Shown here in pieces: positions 31,718-42,059 of a stretch of DNA of 64,000 nucleotides. Made by a program: the position numbers and the translations under genes. The stretch's first letter is position 1; each line of letters opens with the position of its first letter. Source of the stretch: Cyanobacteriota bacterium (lineage in GTDB: Bacteria > Cyanobacteriota > Cyanobacteriia > Thermostichales > Thermostichaceae); NCBI GenBank assembly GCA_033764955.1, contig JANRIL010000015.1, positions 69,918 to 133,917 on the forward strand, given 5' to 3'. Below the pieces are notes generated by a model. The model ran no database searches, was not told the DNA's origin, and saw only the letters and a program-made list of their open reading frames with translations.

Positions 31718-32653
31718 TTAAGCCTCCTGAGAATTGACGAAAATATTTCGCAAAGCTAGCGGTAAATCGGGGTAGCAAAAGGTAAATCCGGCGGCGGCGG
31801 CACGACTGGGTAAAACCCGTTGCCCGGTCAAGACCACCTGAGCCGCCTCGCCTAAGAGCACCTCTAGGGCTAGAGCCGGCACAGGGATCCAAGACGGTCG
31901 CCCAATGACTTGCCCCAAGACCTGGCAAAAGTCTTTCATCTGGACGGGGTGAGGAGCGGTTCCATTCAGAACTCCTGCCACCTCTGGGTGGGTCAGGGAA
32001 AATTTTATGAGCGCCACCAGATCATCGCGGTGGATCCAGGACAACCACTGTTGACCGCTGCCAATCGGGCCGCCGATAAATAACTGAAAAGGGGTGACCA
32101 TCAGAGCCAGCGCCCCACCATCGGGGCCTAAAACAATGCCTGTCCGCAGGATGACAAGGCGGATACCAAAGGCTTGTACCCGCTGAGCGGCAGACTCCCA
32201 GTCTTGGCTGAGTTGGCCTAAAAAATCCTGGGCGGGGGGATCACTTTCCGTCCGTTCTCGGTCATCCTGCTGTGACCCGTAGTAGCCAATCGCCGAACTG
32301 GAGATCATCACCGCTGGTTTTTGTTGCAGACTGCCGAGAGCGTCCACCAAGCAGCGGGTTCCTTCCACCCGACTGCGGCGAATTTCGGCTTTTTTGGCGG
32401 GTGTCCAGCGCGTACCTGCCAGCGGCTCTCCGGCTAGATTGACGACCGCCTCGATGCCTTCCAGGTGTGCCGACCAGGTGAGCGGCTTCAGGGGATCGTA
32501 AGCGATCAGGCTCATCTGGGGGTGCGTCCCCAAAACCTGGGCGGCGGCTGGGGGGTTACGGGTGAAAACCTGCACCTGATGATGCTCAGCCAGCAGGGAT
32601 TTCACCAACTGCCGACCCACAAAGCCACTACCTCCTGTCACCGCAATTCGCAT
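31718..32653 (-). CDS. TIGR01777 family epimerase/oxidoreductase (ThyD/SulA-like)
   Basis: TGGSGFVG, NLAGE, SAIGYYG, RTGIVL, GSGQQWLSWIH. Confidence 0.9.
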   Translation of the reverse strand: MRIAVTGGSGFVGRQLVKSLLAEHHQVQVFTRNPPAAAQVLGTHPQMSLIAYDPLKPLTWSAHLEGIEAVVNLAGEPLAGTRWTPAKKAEIRRSRVEGTRCLVDALGSLQQKPAVMISSSAIGYYGSQQDDRERTESDPPAQDFLGQLSQDWESAAQRVQAFGIRLVILRTGIVLGPDGGALALMVTPFQLFIGGPIGSGQQWLSWIHRDDLVALIKFSLTHPEVAGVLNGTAPHPVQMKDFCQVLGQVIGRPSWIPVPALALEVLLGEAAQVVLTGQRVLPSRAAAAGFTFCYPDLPLALRNIFVNSQEA

Positions 32654-32722
32654 CGTTTTCCTGTGGATAGGGGATCCGCATCAGCTTATCAGGTTCACCA
32701 CTACCCTAGGCTAGGGATGCGG

Positions 32723-33370
32723 CTAACGGCGGGAGACGGCGGGGTGATCGCGGATATACCAGCGCCAAGGAGTCTCTACCCCCTGAGTCAGGCCAATCCG
32801 TGTGGTTTGAACTCGATCCAAAGATGCAGCCTCTCTGCTGGGAAATTCCAACCAGATAGCCGCTCCAGTCGGTTGAGGATGCAGTGGACATCCATTGAAG
32901 GAACGGTCAATTTGCAACGTTTGACAGACCAACCCTGGCCCAGCCGCCCGCCGTATCCAGGGGCGAGGCTTTTTTCCCGAAACGGGGGGAGGATCTACAA
33001 TCTCCTGCGGGGATCCCGCGAGGGCTAGGGCACGCACCAACACGGCGCTGGCAACCCCTGGCTGATCCGTCACGATATTGAGGCAGCAGTAGAGACCATA
33101 GATCAAATACACATACAGATGTCCGGCAGCCCCAAACATCACAGCATTGCGGGCGGTCTGGCGTCGATAGGCATGACAGGCGGGATCCCCTGGCGCATAG
33201 GCTTCCGTTTCCACGATCAGACCCCGCTGGATCCGGCCATCAGCATGTTGTCGCACCAACCAACAGCCCAATAACTCGGGAGCCACCTCCTCAGCCGCCC
33301 GACTGAGCCAATTCGGCAGAATAATACTGCTTTGTGAGCTTTCTGGGATCCCTCCACCGTTGATAGCCAT
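32723..33370 (-). CDS. DNA-3-methyladenine glycosylase (MPG/AAG)
   Basis: IVETEAY, YVYLIYG, AVLVRAL, GPG, RIGL. Confidence 0.92.
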   Translation of the reverse strand: MAINGGGIPESSQSSIILPNWLSRAAEEVAPELLGCWLVRQHADGRIQRGLIVETEAYAPGDPACHAYRRQTARNAVMFGAAGHLYVYLIYGLYCCLNIVTDQPGVASAVLVRALALAGSPQEIVDPPPVSGKKPRPWIRRAAGPGLVCQTLQIDRSFNGCPLHPQPTGAAIWLEFPSREAASLDRVQTTRIGLTQGVETPWRWYIRDHPAVSRR

Positions 33371-33426
33371 CGTTTGGCCTCGATCTCTCTACAAACCGCC
33401 GCTTGACTCCACAGGCATGGGGATCC

Positions 33427-34230
33427 CTAGCGGAGCGGCCACCAATGCACCTTGTCGCGGGTTGTGCCATAGACCTCCTTCAGCATTTCGGGGGCAACCA
33501 CGCGCAGCAAGTCGCTGCTGGAGTCATGATCCTCTACCACCTGCAACAGCCCCACTTTGCTCATCCCCTTTAACACCTGTTCGACCGTCCGCTGATTGAG
33601 TTGACTAGCACGGGCGATGATATCAATCGGCAGATCAAACAAATAAAACCCTTCTTCGGTGGGTTGATTGCCCAACTCACGCTCTTGATAAATCAGGGCA
33701 CGCAACAGCGAGGCCACGGCTTGGGGAGGATAAGCACTACAGTTGAGCAGATGGTATTGAAACTTCTCGCGCAGTTCAAAGAGGGTGTGGTAGCGATCTT
33801 GAAATTCCTGGCTATTTTGATAAAGATTTTGAATTGCGGTCAGAGGGATAGTAATGACATTAGCGGTTTTATAAGCCTCCACCAAACTGGGAAAGGCATA
33901 TTGAATGCCACCAAAGGCCACTGGCAAGTTACGCATTCCAAAGCAACTGCCGGGGTAGGTAATGCCAATCACGCGATCCAGGGGGGTGCTGCGAACAATC
34001 ACAGGTCCGCCCGACACGAGGGCATACAGGACTTGAATGGGTTCCCCCGGCTGAAAAGCGGTATAGATGGGGCGGCTGGAAAAAAACTTTTCGGCTTTTA
34101 GGCTTTCCAGAGGCAGGTAGGTCGCTAACCAACTGGATTCAAACCCTTTGAAGAGAAAATTGGTTTGAATCAAGGTCTGTACTAGGTCAAGGTGGTGCTC
34201 ATCTTTGGCTAGCGGTGTCCTTTTGCCCAT
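33427..34230 (-). CDS. Crp/Fnr-like transcriptional regulator
   Basis: cNMP-binding-like N-terminus (PGSCFG); C-terminal HTH IARASQLNQRTVEQVLK. Confidence 0.7.
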   Translation of the reverse strand: MGKRTPLAKDEHHLDLVQTLIQTNFLFKGFESSWLATYLPLESLKAEKFFSSRPIYTAFQPGEPIQVLYALVSGGPVIVRSTPLDRVIGITYPGSCFGMRNLPVAFGGIQYAFPSLVEAYKTANVITIPLTAIQNLYQNSQEFQDRYHTLFELREKFQYHLLNCSAYPPQAVASLLRALIYQERELGNQPTEEGFYLFDLPIDIIARASQLNQRTVEQVLKGMSKVGLLQVVEDHDSSSDLLRVVAPEMLKEVYGTTRDKVHWWPLR

Positions 34231-34411
34231 GATCCAGTCGTTATGCCCCCTCCGAGCGGAGTCCTGTTTTTTCAGTCCGTCAATATCCAGGCACAGTGTA
34301 ACTCAATTATTTCCCTTCCCCATAGCTAACGGTCGGCGTCATCCCTTTCCCAATCCGACCTAAAATCAAAGGGAAGAAAATGGATTAAACACAAGGTGAT
34401 GAAATAGCCCC

Positions 34412-34921
34412 ATGACAACTTCCTCTTTTGCTTTGGGAGCAGAAATTTTAGGGATCCTTACCCTGCTATTGATGGTGATCACGATGGTTGTCTGGTGGCG
34501 GCAGCTCGCTTGGCGATTTGCGATGGTCGGCTATACCGGATTTGCTTTGGTCTTAACGGTGGGGTGTTTTGCCCTCTCTGTACAGCCCATCATGCCTGCC
34601 ACCTTGTCAGGCTCTGTGCGCTATACCACGGTCTATGATCGGGGGACGGAGCAGGCTGTGATTGCGGTGGATCCCAGCATTACTCCTGAACAACTGGATC
34701 TCACCCTGCGACAGGCTGCTCAGAATCTTCTCTCCAGTGGACGCTACTCCACGGGATCCCCCTTGTTTACGCTGCGGGCTAGAACGGTGCTACACCCCGC
34801 ACCAGATTATTCGCTCCCCCTCTATTTAGGGCAATTGCAGCAACCCCTGGTCAACCGCCGGGATCCCAATCCCCAGGTGGAGATCTTTGCAGCGGCTTTT
34901 GAGCAACTCTCCCCCACCTAA
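34412..34921 (+). CDS. Ycf51 / DUF2518 family protein
   Basis: WRFAMVGYTGF, VYDRG, AVIAV, TLRQAA, RARTVLHP. Confidence 0.82.
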   Translation: MTTSSFALGAEILGILTLLLMVITMVVWWRQLAWRFAMVGYTGFALVLTVGCFALSVQPIMPATLSGSVRYTTVYDRGTEQAVIAVDPSITPEQLDLTLRQAAQNLLSSGRYSTGSPLFTLRARTVLHPAPDYSLPLYLGQLQQPLVNRRDPNPQVEIFAAAFEQLSPT

Positions 34922-34989
34922 CTCCTAGCTACACTGGCGGGAAGTGACGGTGTCAGCAGGCAAGATCTTTATTGTCCGTCCAATTTTAC

Positions 34990-36459
34990 TTAAGTTACGG
35001 GAAACTGCTCTTTGGCCTCGGTCTCAGCGCGAAACCACAAAAAGTCAAACCCAGGAGGTTTGATGCTGAGCAATAGCAAGTTATAGCTTGCCCAAAGGAT
35101 AGCAAACCCAAAGGCATAGCCATCCACGTCCCACCCCCGCGCCTGACGGATGACGCCTACGGCTATGGCACTCAACGTTAAGACTATCAGCAAGCCCTGT
35201 GGCCCCAACGACAGTTGAGAGGGCTGTTCTCGGTAGGGAATATCCTGCCGCCAAGACTGCACCCACGCCTGCATCGATTGAAAAAACTGGGATCCGGTTT
35301 GTCGCTCTGACCACCAAGCAGAGCCATATTCGCAGGGTCGAAAGAGGAGCAGCCAACTGAGGCGTCCCATCAGAATATAGGGTAAAAAGTGCCACAAAAA
35401 GCTTTGGTCAAAGGTCAGAACCGCCGGGATCCCCAAACAAAGAAAGATAATGGGCACCATCAAATAGATAAACTGAGCGAGACCACTGCTACTCCATAAC
35501 CCCAACCAAAGGTAATGCAGCCGTTGCCAGCCATCCAACTGCCCTGATCCAAAGGGATTCATTTGCAGGGCACGCAGCAGAGCCAACAGAGCAATCCGGC
35601 GATTCCGCAGGGGGAGTAAGGCTCCCGTGACTTCTGTGGTGGAACAGAGATAGGACTTCCATCCTTGCAAATGCAACTGACAGCCCAAGGCTACCGGATG
35701 ACGAGAATCCAAGTTGGTTAAAGATTGCAGAGCTTTTCGCCGGAATAAGGCTCCTGTTCCTAGGTAGGGAGCAACGCCCCCCCCATCTTGCCCCACGGCT
35801 AGCCGCTGTTGGAGAGGATGATCCGGGATGTGATGACCCAGCGCCCGTAACTGAACCTGGACAAAGCCTGTGGTGTTGGCAATCGGAGCGGTTGTGGCCT
35901 GATCAAAAAAATATGGCAAGGTTTTAAGCAGTAAATCGGGATCCGGAAATTGCCCTGCTTCTAAAACCAGGCAAAACTCGCCAAAGGTAGAAATCTCATC
36001 CAGCACAAACCGTAAGGGATCCACTGTCGGAGAGGAGCAACTGACATACTCACAAGGGATAGCCTGAGCCACCTCACCCATAGTCGGATCTGCTTCCAAA
36101 TCTACGACATAGACAAAAAAACGGTGCCAAGGATAGTTGAGGCGAAGGGCGGCTAAAGCGGTCTGACGGGTGACTTCCACCGAGTCCCAACGACGAATGA
36201 CCAGCACATCCACATAGGGCAGTTCCGCAAAGGCTTTTGACAAAGACTCCAGCGAACCCGTCACCGATACCGAAGACGCGGGATCCCGCCAGCAACTGAC
36301 CGTAAAGGCAAACGTTGCCAAGAAAACAAATAGCTCTGCCGCCAAAAAAGCCACCCCCAACAGGGTCGGGGATACTCCGCGAGTGAGCCGCCACTGCAAG
36401 TAAAACAGACCCAATCCTAGGTGCAAGACGCCCATCATGCGAGAAAGATGCTGCCTCAT
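34990..36459 (-). CDS. Cellulose-synthase (BcsA)-like GT2 membrane protein with degenerate catalytic motifs
   Basis: BcsA-like layout (YLQWR, VDV, LNYP, FVQ, GTGALFRRKAL, LH-QGW); no D,D,D,QxxRW. Confidence 0.75.
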   Translation of the reverse strand: MRQHLSRMMGVLHLGLGLFYLQWRLTRGVSPTLLGVAFLAAELFVFLATFAFTVSCWRDPASSVSVTGSLESLSKAFAELPYVDVLVIRRWDSVEVTRQTALAALRLNYPWHRFFVYVVDLEADPTMGEVAQAIPCEYVSCSSPTVDPLRFVLDEISTFGEFCLVLEAGQFPDPDLLLKTLPYFFDQATTAPIANTTGFVQVQLRALGHHIPDHPLQQRLAVGQDGGGVAPYLGTGALFRRKALQSLTNLDSRHPVALGCQLHLQGWKSYLCSTTEVTGALLPLRNRRIALLALLRALQMNPFGSGQLDGWQRLHYLWLGLWSSSGLAQFIYLMVPIIFLCLGIPAVLTFDQSFLWHFLPYILMGRLSWLLLFRPCEYGSAWWSERQTGSQFFQSMQAWVQSWRQDIPYREQPSQLSLGPQGLLIVLTLSAIAVGVIRQARGWDVDGYAFGFAILWASYNLLLLSIKPPGFDFLWFRAETEAKEQFPVT

Positions 36460-36635
36460 GGCTCACCTCCCGCCATCATGGCATTAGCCATACTGAGTCT
36501 CATCAAAACCCAACCCTAAAGGGATCCCCTTGCGGATTTAGCCAGCTAGCTAGTTGTTCTCGGCAATGGCAGCCCATGATGCTCACACGAATGGCAACAG
36601 AACTGGAGAAAAATTCCCTGTACAGCCCTTAACTA

Positions 36636-36920
36636 TTAACTAGCTTCTGCCGTCTCTGGAACATCAGGCAACGGATAGACACTGATGCGCTGGCGGCGCT
36701 TGCCATAACGCTCAAAGGTGACGATCCCAGCCACTTTAGCAAACAAGGTGTCATCTCGACCGATGCCGACATTTTGCCCCGGATAAAATTGGGTTCCCCG
36801 CTGCCGCACCAAAATATTGCCACTCTTGACCAGTTCACCACCATAACGCTTCACCCCTAACCGTTTGGCATTAGAATCCCGACCGTTGCGGGTACTGCCT
36901 GTTCCTTTTTTGTGAGCCAT
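36636..36920 (-). CDS. rpmA: 50S ribosomal protein L27
   Basis: [16 protein letters not shown]. Confidence 0.99.
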   Translation of the reverse strand: MAHKKGTGSTRNGRDSNAKRLGVKRYGGELVKSGNILVRQRGTQFYPGQNVGIGRDDTLFAKVAGIVTFERYGKRRQRISVYPLPDVPETAEAS

Positions 36921-37038
36921 TTTGTTTCTCCTAACAGCGCTACTAGCACAAATCTTTCCACAACGCTCTCTCAGACCAAATGTTGCGAAAGCAATGATGA
37001 TCCAAAACCAGTTGGCAAGGGATCCCTTATGGTTAGGG

Positions 37039-37428
37039 TCAAACCTCTACCATCTCCGGGCTGGTCTCTGGGCTGGTTGTTTCTGAAGCCACAGCTCCAC
37101 TGACCACGGTATCCCCCAGTTGAATAGCCTCGATCAGCAGGCGGGTCAGGTTTTGCCGATGCCCATTTTTCTTGCGGGTTTTCTTTTTGGGACGCATCTT
37201 ATAAACGATCACCTTGCGGGATTTGCGATGCATCAACACCCGTGCCTTGACAACGGCATCCACAACATAAGGATGTCCAATCGACAACTCGCCATCGTGG
37301 TTGACCAACAAAACCTCAGTAATCTCTAGCTGGGTGTCAGGCGGAACATCCATCAGTTCCACATCATAAAAACGACCAGGCTCAGCCCATAGCTGCTTGC
37401 CGCCTGTTTCAATAATTGCATAGGTCAT
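37039..37428 (-). CDS. rplU: 50S ribosomal protein L21
   Basis: [17 protein letters not shown]. Confidence 0.98.
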   Translation of the reverse strand: MTYAIIETGGKQLWAEPGRFYDVELMDVPPDTQLEITEVLLVNHDGELSIGHPYVVDAVVKARVLMHRKSRKVIVYKMRPKKKTRKKNGHRQNLTRLLIEAIQLGDTVVSGAVASETTSPETSPEMVEV

Positions 37429-37822
37429 GGTTGTCCTTGGGTTGCCGTACAGGTGATTTTGCCTAGGGAGAATGAGCGAAAGCTCATTTGTTAGGAAAAC
37501 AACTTAAACCTGATCCGTGCCTAGTGTTTTGACGATTTTTCATCATAAGGGATCCCAAGGCTTGCTGTCAGGCTGAGAGAGGAGATTTTCAGAAAAACTT
37601 CTGTGAGCCGCATGCAAAATAAAGGGGGGATGGGCAGAAGAAAGGGTGGCAACCTCATGCTAAGACAGAAGAGCAAGGGAACTGAGAGTAGAGGCAAAAG
37701 GCTCTGCTCAGGTGGCTGAGGACGTGATGAATCTTTTTGGAGAACCACTAAGATAGAGAAACTGGATGGCAAAAAGGCTGCAAGAGTAACATCTAGGCAA
37801 ACCGATAGGGAGTTAAAAGCAC

Positions 37823-38602
37823 ATGGGATTATTCGATCGGGTCAGTCGAATTGTCAGGTCTAATGTCAATGCGATGGTGAGTGCGGCTGAGGATCCCGAA
37901 AAAATTCTCAACCAAACGATCAACGATATGCAGGAAGACCTGATCCAGTTACGGCAGGCGGTTGCTACAGCCATTGCCAGCCAGAAACGGATGGAGCGTC
38001 AATACGAACAATCGAAACAAAGTGCGGATGAGTGGCAACGGCGAGCAGAGTTGGCGATTCGCAACAATGACGAAAATCTTGCCCGCGAAGCCTTAGTTCG
38101 CAAAAAAACGTTTGTGGAAACGGCTCAGAGCATGAAGAAGCAGCTCGACGACCAAACCAACCAGGTGGGTCTGCTGCGTACCAACATGACCAAGCTGGAG
38201 GCCAAAATCTCAGAGGCCAAAACTAAGAAGGATATGTTAATTGCGCGGGCACGCTCGGCCAAAGCCTCCCAGCAAATTAGCGAAGTGATCGGCAAGGTCA
38301 ATACCACTTCTTCCTTTTCAGCTTTTGAACGGATGGAGGAAAAGGTCAATCAACTGGAGGCTCATTCCTCAGCGGTGGCTGAGTTGTCTGCTGATAATTT
38401 GGAGAGCAAGTTTTTGCAGTTGGAAGTGGGGGGATCCGATGTGGAGAGTGAACTGGCTCTCTTAAAAGCCTCCATGCAAACCGCTTTGCCCAGTGCCACC
38501 CCCCCGGCTCAGCAGGCGCTACCCCAACCCACCCAGGCGGGAGCGGATCCTGAAGTGGATCTGGAGTTGGAGAAACTGAAAAACGAGATCGATCAGCTCT
38601 AA
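37823..38602 (+). CDS. vipp1: Vipp1/IM30
   Basis: MGLFDRVSRIVRSNVN, AEDPEKIL, AFERMEEKV, C-terminal extension helix. Confidence 0.9.
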   Translation: MGLFDRVSRIVRSNVNAMVSAAEDPEKILNQTINDMQEDLIQLRQAVATAIASQKRMERQYEQSKQSADEWQRRAELAIRNNDENLAREALVRKKTFVETAQSMKKQLDDQTNQVGLLRTNMTKLEAKISEAKTKKDMLIARARSAKASQQISEVIGKVNTTSSFSAFERMEEKVNQLEAHSSAVAELSADNLESKFLQLEVGGSDVESELALLKASMQTALPSATPPAQQALPQPTQAGADPEVDLELEKLKNEIDQL

Positions 38603-38786
38603 GCTGCTCTACTGAGTTCTATTGAGTTCAGTACACCCATTACTTACCCATCACTAAGATGAAACCGGATCCTTTTGCTCACCGGTGTGCAGAGGGATCC
38701 TTATATCTTTATCTGTTGTTCCGCTTGCTTCACGGAAGCCAGAGGATGATCCAAAAAACGATGGTGTTGCCACGATGGCCAACATC

Positions 38787-40082
38787 CTAAATATGAAGAC
38801 GGGCAAAAATCTCATCGAGATGCTGCAAGTGATGAGAGGGATCCAGACAGGCATCAATGTCTGAGGGAGAAAGGTGGCTCAAAATACGGGCATCGGCTAG
38901 AAGATTGGCGTGAAAATTGCCGTCAGGTTGATTCCAGGCACGATGGGCATTTTCCTGGACTAGGGTATAGGCAGCTTCGCGGCTCAAGCCTTTTTCCACC
39001 AGCGCCAACAACACCTGCTGGCTAAAAATCACCCCACCATAGAGGTTGAGATTGCGCTGCATGTTGGCGGGATAAACCTGGAGGCGGTTGATCAAATCGG
39101 TGGCTTGTACCAAGAGATAATGGCTGAGGATAGAGGCATCTGGTAAGGTGACCCGTTCAACGGAGCTGTGGGAAATATCCCGTTCATGCCAAAGGGCAAC
39201 ATTTTCCAGAGCCGCCACCGCATATCCCCGCAGTAGGCGAACCAAACCACTCAGTTGCTCCGATTTGATCGGATTGCGTTTGTGGGGCATCGCCGAGGAT
39301 CCCTTCTGTCCCTGGGCAAAATACTCTTCTACCTCCAAGACATCACTGCGTTGCAAATGGCGAATCTCAACCGCAAACCGCTCGATGGAGGATCCCAACA
39401 GCGCCAGCGCTTGCACATATTCGGCATGGCGATCCCGCGAGATGACCTGTGTAGAGGCAGGATCAGGGGTTAGCCCCAGTTGTTGACAGGTGATCTGCTC
39501 CACCTGTGGGGGAACATTGGCATAGGTTCCCACGGCTCCCGAAATTTTGCCGACTGCCACCCGTGAGCGCAGGTTGTGCAATCGCTCTTGATGTCGCAAA
39601 CATTCCGCCAGCCAACCCGCTAGCTTAAAGCCAAAGGTGATGGGTTCGGCGTGAATACCGTGGGTTCGCCCTACCATCAAGGTCTGACGGTGTTGACGGG
39701 CTTTTTCGCGCAGGGTTTGGATCAGATCATCAAGGCGCAGCAACAGCAGATCTAGACTGGCTAGCAACTGCAATGAAAGAGCCGTATCCAAGACATCTGA
39801 ACTGGTCAATCCCAAATGAATATAGCGTCCGGCTTCGCCAACAAACTCATTGACATTGGTCAAAAAGGCAATCACGTCATGGCGAACTTCTACCTCAATT
39901 TGCTGAATACGTTCACTGGAAAAGTTGGCCTTGGCTTTGATCTCGGCTAGGGCTTCCACCGGGATCCGTTGCAGATGGGCCTGCGCTTCACAAACGGCAA
40001 TTTCGACCCGCAACCAGGTTTGATATTTATAGTCTTGGCTCCACAGGTGAGCCATCTCCGGTAGGGTATAGCGTTCGATCAA
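38787..40082 (-). CDS. purB: Adenylosuccinate lyase
   Basis: MIERY, RHDV, GRTHG, GSSAMPHKRNP. Confidence 0.97.
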   Translation of the reverse strand: MIERYTLPEMAHLWSQDYKYQTWLRVEIAVCEAQAHLQRIPVEALAEIKAKANFSSERIQQIEVEVRHDVIAFLTNVNEFVGEAGRYIHLGLTSSDVLDTALSLQLLASLDLLLLRLDDLIQTLREKARQHRQTLMVGRTHGIHAEPITFGFKLAGWLAECLRHQERLHNLRSRVAVGKISGAVGTYANVPPQVEQITCQQLGLTPDPASTQVISRDRHAEYVQALALLGSSIERFAVEIRHLQRSDVLEVEEYFAQGQKGSSAMPHKRNPIKSEQLSGLVRLLRGYAVAALENVALWHERDISHSSVERVTLPDASILSHYLLVQATDLINRLQVYPANMQRNLNLYGGVIFSQQVLLALVEKGLSREAAYTLVQENAHRAWNQPDGNFHANLLADARILSHLSPSDIDACLDPSHHLQHLDEIFARLHI

Positions 40083-40253
40083 GGCAGCAACCTTCTACTT
40101 TGCCAGCACACTATTTTATCAGTAGGGTGATCAGCAGGCACAGGCCACCAGTCGAGAAACTGGCACAAGGGATCCCGATTTCTGGGGGGGGATCCCTGAC
40201 AATCATCGGGTGAAGGAATCGATGCACAGTTCAACAGCTAAGGATGCAGCACT

Positions 40254-41048
40254 ATGGCTTCCAAAAGTTTTGCCAACTATCTGGGGTTTGGCCTCTCGTT
40301 AACGATTATCACCTTGATTGTCTTTGGTCTATTGCACTGGTTGGATGTGCCCGCCGGACAGTTGGCGGATTGGGCGTTGGGGCTAGCCAGTTTTTGGTGG
40401 CTTTTGGTGATCGTCACTGTCCCCTGGAATATCTATTTTCAAGCCAAGGAAGTGTTGGCGGAAGCCCAACTGTCTCTGGAAAATCGCATTGCTGTTGATA
40501 CTCAGCAGTTGAGTTATGTGCGGCAAACCCAAAAGGGATCCCTGCGCTTGGCGATTGTGCTGCACATCGTTTCGGCGGTGGTTTTGTATGGGTTGGCGGC
40601 AACGGGGGTTAGTTCGGTGGGATATATCAGTGGTGGATTGGCCTTGCTATTGACGGCGCTGCGTCCCACTGTGCGAGCCTACGAATATGTGGCCTTGCGC
40701 TTGCAGACAGTACAGCAGCAGGTGAACTATCCACGGGAAGATGTGGTGGAACTGCGGCAACGGGTGGTTCATCTGGAAAATCGGCTTGATTTGGGGAACT
40801 ACGACAGTTGGGCTTCCGAACAGCAACGCCAGCAGAGCTTTTTACAAGAGCAGCAACAGGAACTCAAAATCGAAACCCGCCGCGAACTGGCGGAACTGGG
40901 TGTGCAGGTGCAACGGCTGCAAGCCAGCAACCAGGAGGAACATCGCCAACTGGCACAAGAAGCTCGTCAAGCCATCGCCCAGATCAGCGCCGATGGGCAG
41001 TTTCTGGAGCATGTGCGGGAGATCATTCGCTTTTTTAAGTCGGCATGA
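40254..41048 (+). CDS. Hypothetical membrane protein with C-terminal coiled coil
   Basis: Four TM segments (VTVPWN, ALRP, YPREDV) and a Gln-rich coiled coil. Confidence 0.78.
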   Translation: MASKSFANYLGFGLSLTIITLIVFGLLHWLDVPAGQLADWALGLASFWWLLVIVTVPWNIYFQAKEVLAEAQLSLENRIAVDTQQLSYVRQTQKGSLRLAIVLHIVSAVVLYGLAATGVSSVGYISGGLALLLTALRPTVRAYEYVALRLQTVQQQVNYPREDVVELRQRVVHLENRLDLGNYDSWASEQQRQQSFLQEQQQELKIETRRELAELGVQVQRLQASNQEEHRQLAQEARQAIAQISADGQFLEHVREIIRFFKSA

Positions 41049-41145
41049 ACTAGGGATCCCAACCTCTGCTGGGCTGGCTGAGGATCCAATAGCTTGAGAT
41101 AAAGTTAATCAGAAGCGATCATGGCAGGGTGGTGGTCATCCATAA

Positions 41146-41880
41146 ATGGCATTACAAACGGTGATGATGGGGTTTAGTGGGGTGTTGATGAATGACGAGG
41201 CGATCCACGCTGACATCATCAACCAACTCCTGATCGCCGAAAACCTCCGCCCCATTCCCTTAACTCCCTCCGAACAGTATCGCCTGCGCTATTTGGGCTT
41301 GGGGGATCTGATCCGCCTACGCACCCTCTGGTTAGAGCAGGGACGAGTTCTCACCCCCAGCAGTTTCTATGGTCTGCTCAAGCGTAAACAGGAGGCCTAT
41401 CAAAAGCGGGTGACTGAGTTGCCTCGCCTGCCCCTCATTCCCTATTTGGTCGAAGCCCTAGAAACGATGGAGCGGCTGGGTTTATCGCTGGCCTTGGTGA
41501 CGGGCTTAGCAGGTGAGCAGGTACGCTATTTTCTGGAACGCACCCAGTTGTCCAGTCGATTTAGAGTTGTGATCACCGGAGAGGATATCCCCCTCGATCA
41601 ACTGGAAAATCCCGGTTATCTGCATCAACAAGCTTTGCAGCAGTTGCAACTATCTCCGGAGCAAGCCTTGGCGATTGAAGCCACCTACCGAGGGATTGCG
41701 GCCTCCCAAGCGGCGGGGATCCCTGTGGTGGGGTTGACCACCTTTTTCCCTTTTCACATGCTGCAACGACGAGCCAATTGGGTGATCGATAGTTTTCTAC
41801 AAATGGAATGGGAGCGAATCCTCTATTGGGCAGCAACCGGAGCCGATCGCCCCCACCGGGATCCCGCGCGGATCCCCTAG
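41146..41880 (+). CDS. HAD-family hydrolase-like protein with degenerate motif I
   Basis: GFSGVLMNDE, LVTG, VITGED, LAIEATYRGI, HMLQRRANW. Confidence 0.8.
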   Translation: MALQTVMMGFSGVLMNDEAIHADIINQLLIAENLRPIPLTPSEQYRLRYLGLGDLIRLRTLWLEQGRVLTPSSFYGLLKRKQEAYQKRVTELPRLPLIPYLVEALETMERLGLSLALVTGLAGEQVRYFLERTQLSSRFRVVITGEDIPLDQLENPGYLHQQALQQLQLSPEQALAIEATYRGIAASQAAGIPVVGLTTFFPFHMLQRRANWVIDSFLQMEWERILYWAATGADRPHRDPARIP

Positions 41881-42059
41881 GGTGGGGGCTGGTTAACGTA
41901 TTGAAACCAAGGAAAGCATACCAATTTTTGACAAGACATAGACACCCATTAATCTTAGTCTTTATATGCACTGCCTCGTAAATCAGTAGCCACACAGAGT
42001 TAAGAATAAGCGGTTTCAGAGAATGCGATTTTTTATTGATCCGGCGAGTCAACAAATAT

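Noticed and set aside
41881..42059. AT-rich spacer after the methyltransferase with TAAC...GTTA, a possible second attC
   Set aside because: No complementary L boxes or hairpin, and no matching cassette start upstream of the gene.
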